Assembly (NCBI GenBank): GCA_964187785.1
Contig: OZ076419.1
Location: 7,936,001-8,000,000 of the forward strand
Source of the DNA: Amphiscolops sp. MND2022
Lineage: Eukaryota
Direction of reading: 5' to 3'
Length of the DNA: 64,000 nucleotides
Shown: in pieces, positions 63,001 through 64,000 of the stretch
Numbering within the stretch: the stretch's first letter is position 1
How the letters are laid out: every line of letters begins with the position of its first letter
Position numbers and translations under genes: made by a program
The notes under the pieces: generated by a model
What the model was told of the DNA's origin: nothing
Seen by the model: the letters and a program-made list of their open reading frames with translations, nothing else
The model's database searches: none

Positions 63001-63802
63001 AAGGATAGTTACTGGAATTTCTGAAAGTTCTTGGCTCGTGTTCTTATGCCAAATCTCGCATTGCTCGATCGCTCAGTTGCCTTAAGGTCGACATGTTACT
63101 GGGTGGTGACTCTGATTACGTTGTGGATTTGTTCCAGGACCTTGTCCTCTGCCTCCAGGAATCTGGATGTCTAGGCGATGCGGAGCGGGATGCCGCAACA
63201 AACGAATTCAAGTCGCTGATTGTAGATTCACGTCAACGGAGTGTTGATTGCTCGCAGATTCCTGATGTCTTCGATTATCTGGAGGGGAATGATAGTTACC
63301 AGTGTCGGGCCTATGTGAAGCAAGTTGTGCGACTGGTTCGTGTGATCATTTGCCCTGTCCCAAAGTCGTTTCCCCCAGTGGATATTTCTACCAGCGGGAC
63401 GAGTTTGCGGCCTTCTGAAATTCGGTCCGGACTCCGAGGTGTACAATCATTTGTACTACAGCCTAATTTCATGTCGTCTGATTTGCTGTAGAGTGCCTCG
63501 AGGAGTTAAAAGTGAATTTGCCGAATGGTCCTCAGTTTTTGGGTTGTGGCTCCTTCAATCCATGGGTCGGTGTGGGTCGTCATTCCAGTGAAGAGATCTA
63601 CAATAGCCTGTTCGAATGCTATAATGCTTATTATTCTGGGCAGGTGGAGGAATGGAGGACTCGGATGTCGTCTAGACTCGTAGTGCGCTCAAGTTCTGCT
63701 GTTGATCGTGCGTCTGCTGAATGTAGTCAGCCTGGTTCTTGTTCGTCGTCTCAGACAGGAAAAGGAAGTAAGCGTGCTGCGCGTCAAGGAAAATCGTGTT
63801 GA
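60015..63802 (+). pseudogene. Spliced, disrupted gene with acidic N-terminus, NLS-like KKKKK and BED/C2H2-like finger; possibly DNA-transposase-derived
   Basis: In-frame phase-1 GT-AG introns at 60373-60448 and 61277-61380 join ORFs 60015, 60412 and 61392. Finger FNCSVCRKDVS..G..RHFECKGH. In-frame TAG at 63006-63008 and a frameshift at ~63490 split the C-terminus. Confidence 0.6.
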
Positions 63803-64000
63803 TTTCTTTTTAGATGAAAATTTTTGGCGAACTTCTTGTTGACTTTGTATGATTTATATTTCTGATTTTTCTTTTGATGAATTAGTATTTATTCGTTATT
63901 TGTCAGTCGGTTCCGCAAGTCGGTTCCATTGTAAAAAGTGAAGGCTCTGGTATTATGGAGCGTGATAAAAAACGAAAATTGCGAGGCAGTTTCAGTGATC

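Noticed and set aside
1-64000. tRNA, rRNA or prokaryotic operons
   Set aside because: No recognisable cloverleaf or rRNA sequence. Spliceosomal introns and LINE/LTR content show a eukaryotic locus.

Overview
Eukaryotic (animal-like) genomic window, rich in repeats, with three N-gaps (12692-12891, 22275-22440, 53566-53765). One clear host gene: a 3-exon HYOU1/GRP170 (ER Hsp70-family chaperone) on the minus strand (48898-45157, 967 aa). The rest is mostly mobile DNA: several CR1-type and other LINE copies, a full-length decayed Gypsy LTR element with a 5-bp TSD (22506-28057), a Tc1 transposase relic, several MITEs, and a ~5.75-kb direct tandem duplication (31269-42767). The standout is a gap-bounded ~9.3-kb segment (12944-22274). 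It carries an uninterrupted 1365-aa ORF fusing a SET domain, a frame-preserving peptide repeat, two C2H2-like fingers and a tyrosine-recombinase domain with an R-K-(N)xxR-H-Y catalytic set. Both ends of the segment carry clusters of one TGGCG-core motif, and it contains a 173-bp tandem array. I read it as a candidate Crypton-like YR mobile element with its own chromatin-writer domain. A second unassigned element, a spliced zinc-finger gene with a divergent partner ORF, occupies ~58300-63800. All domain calls come from reading motifs by eye; no database search was run.
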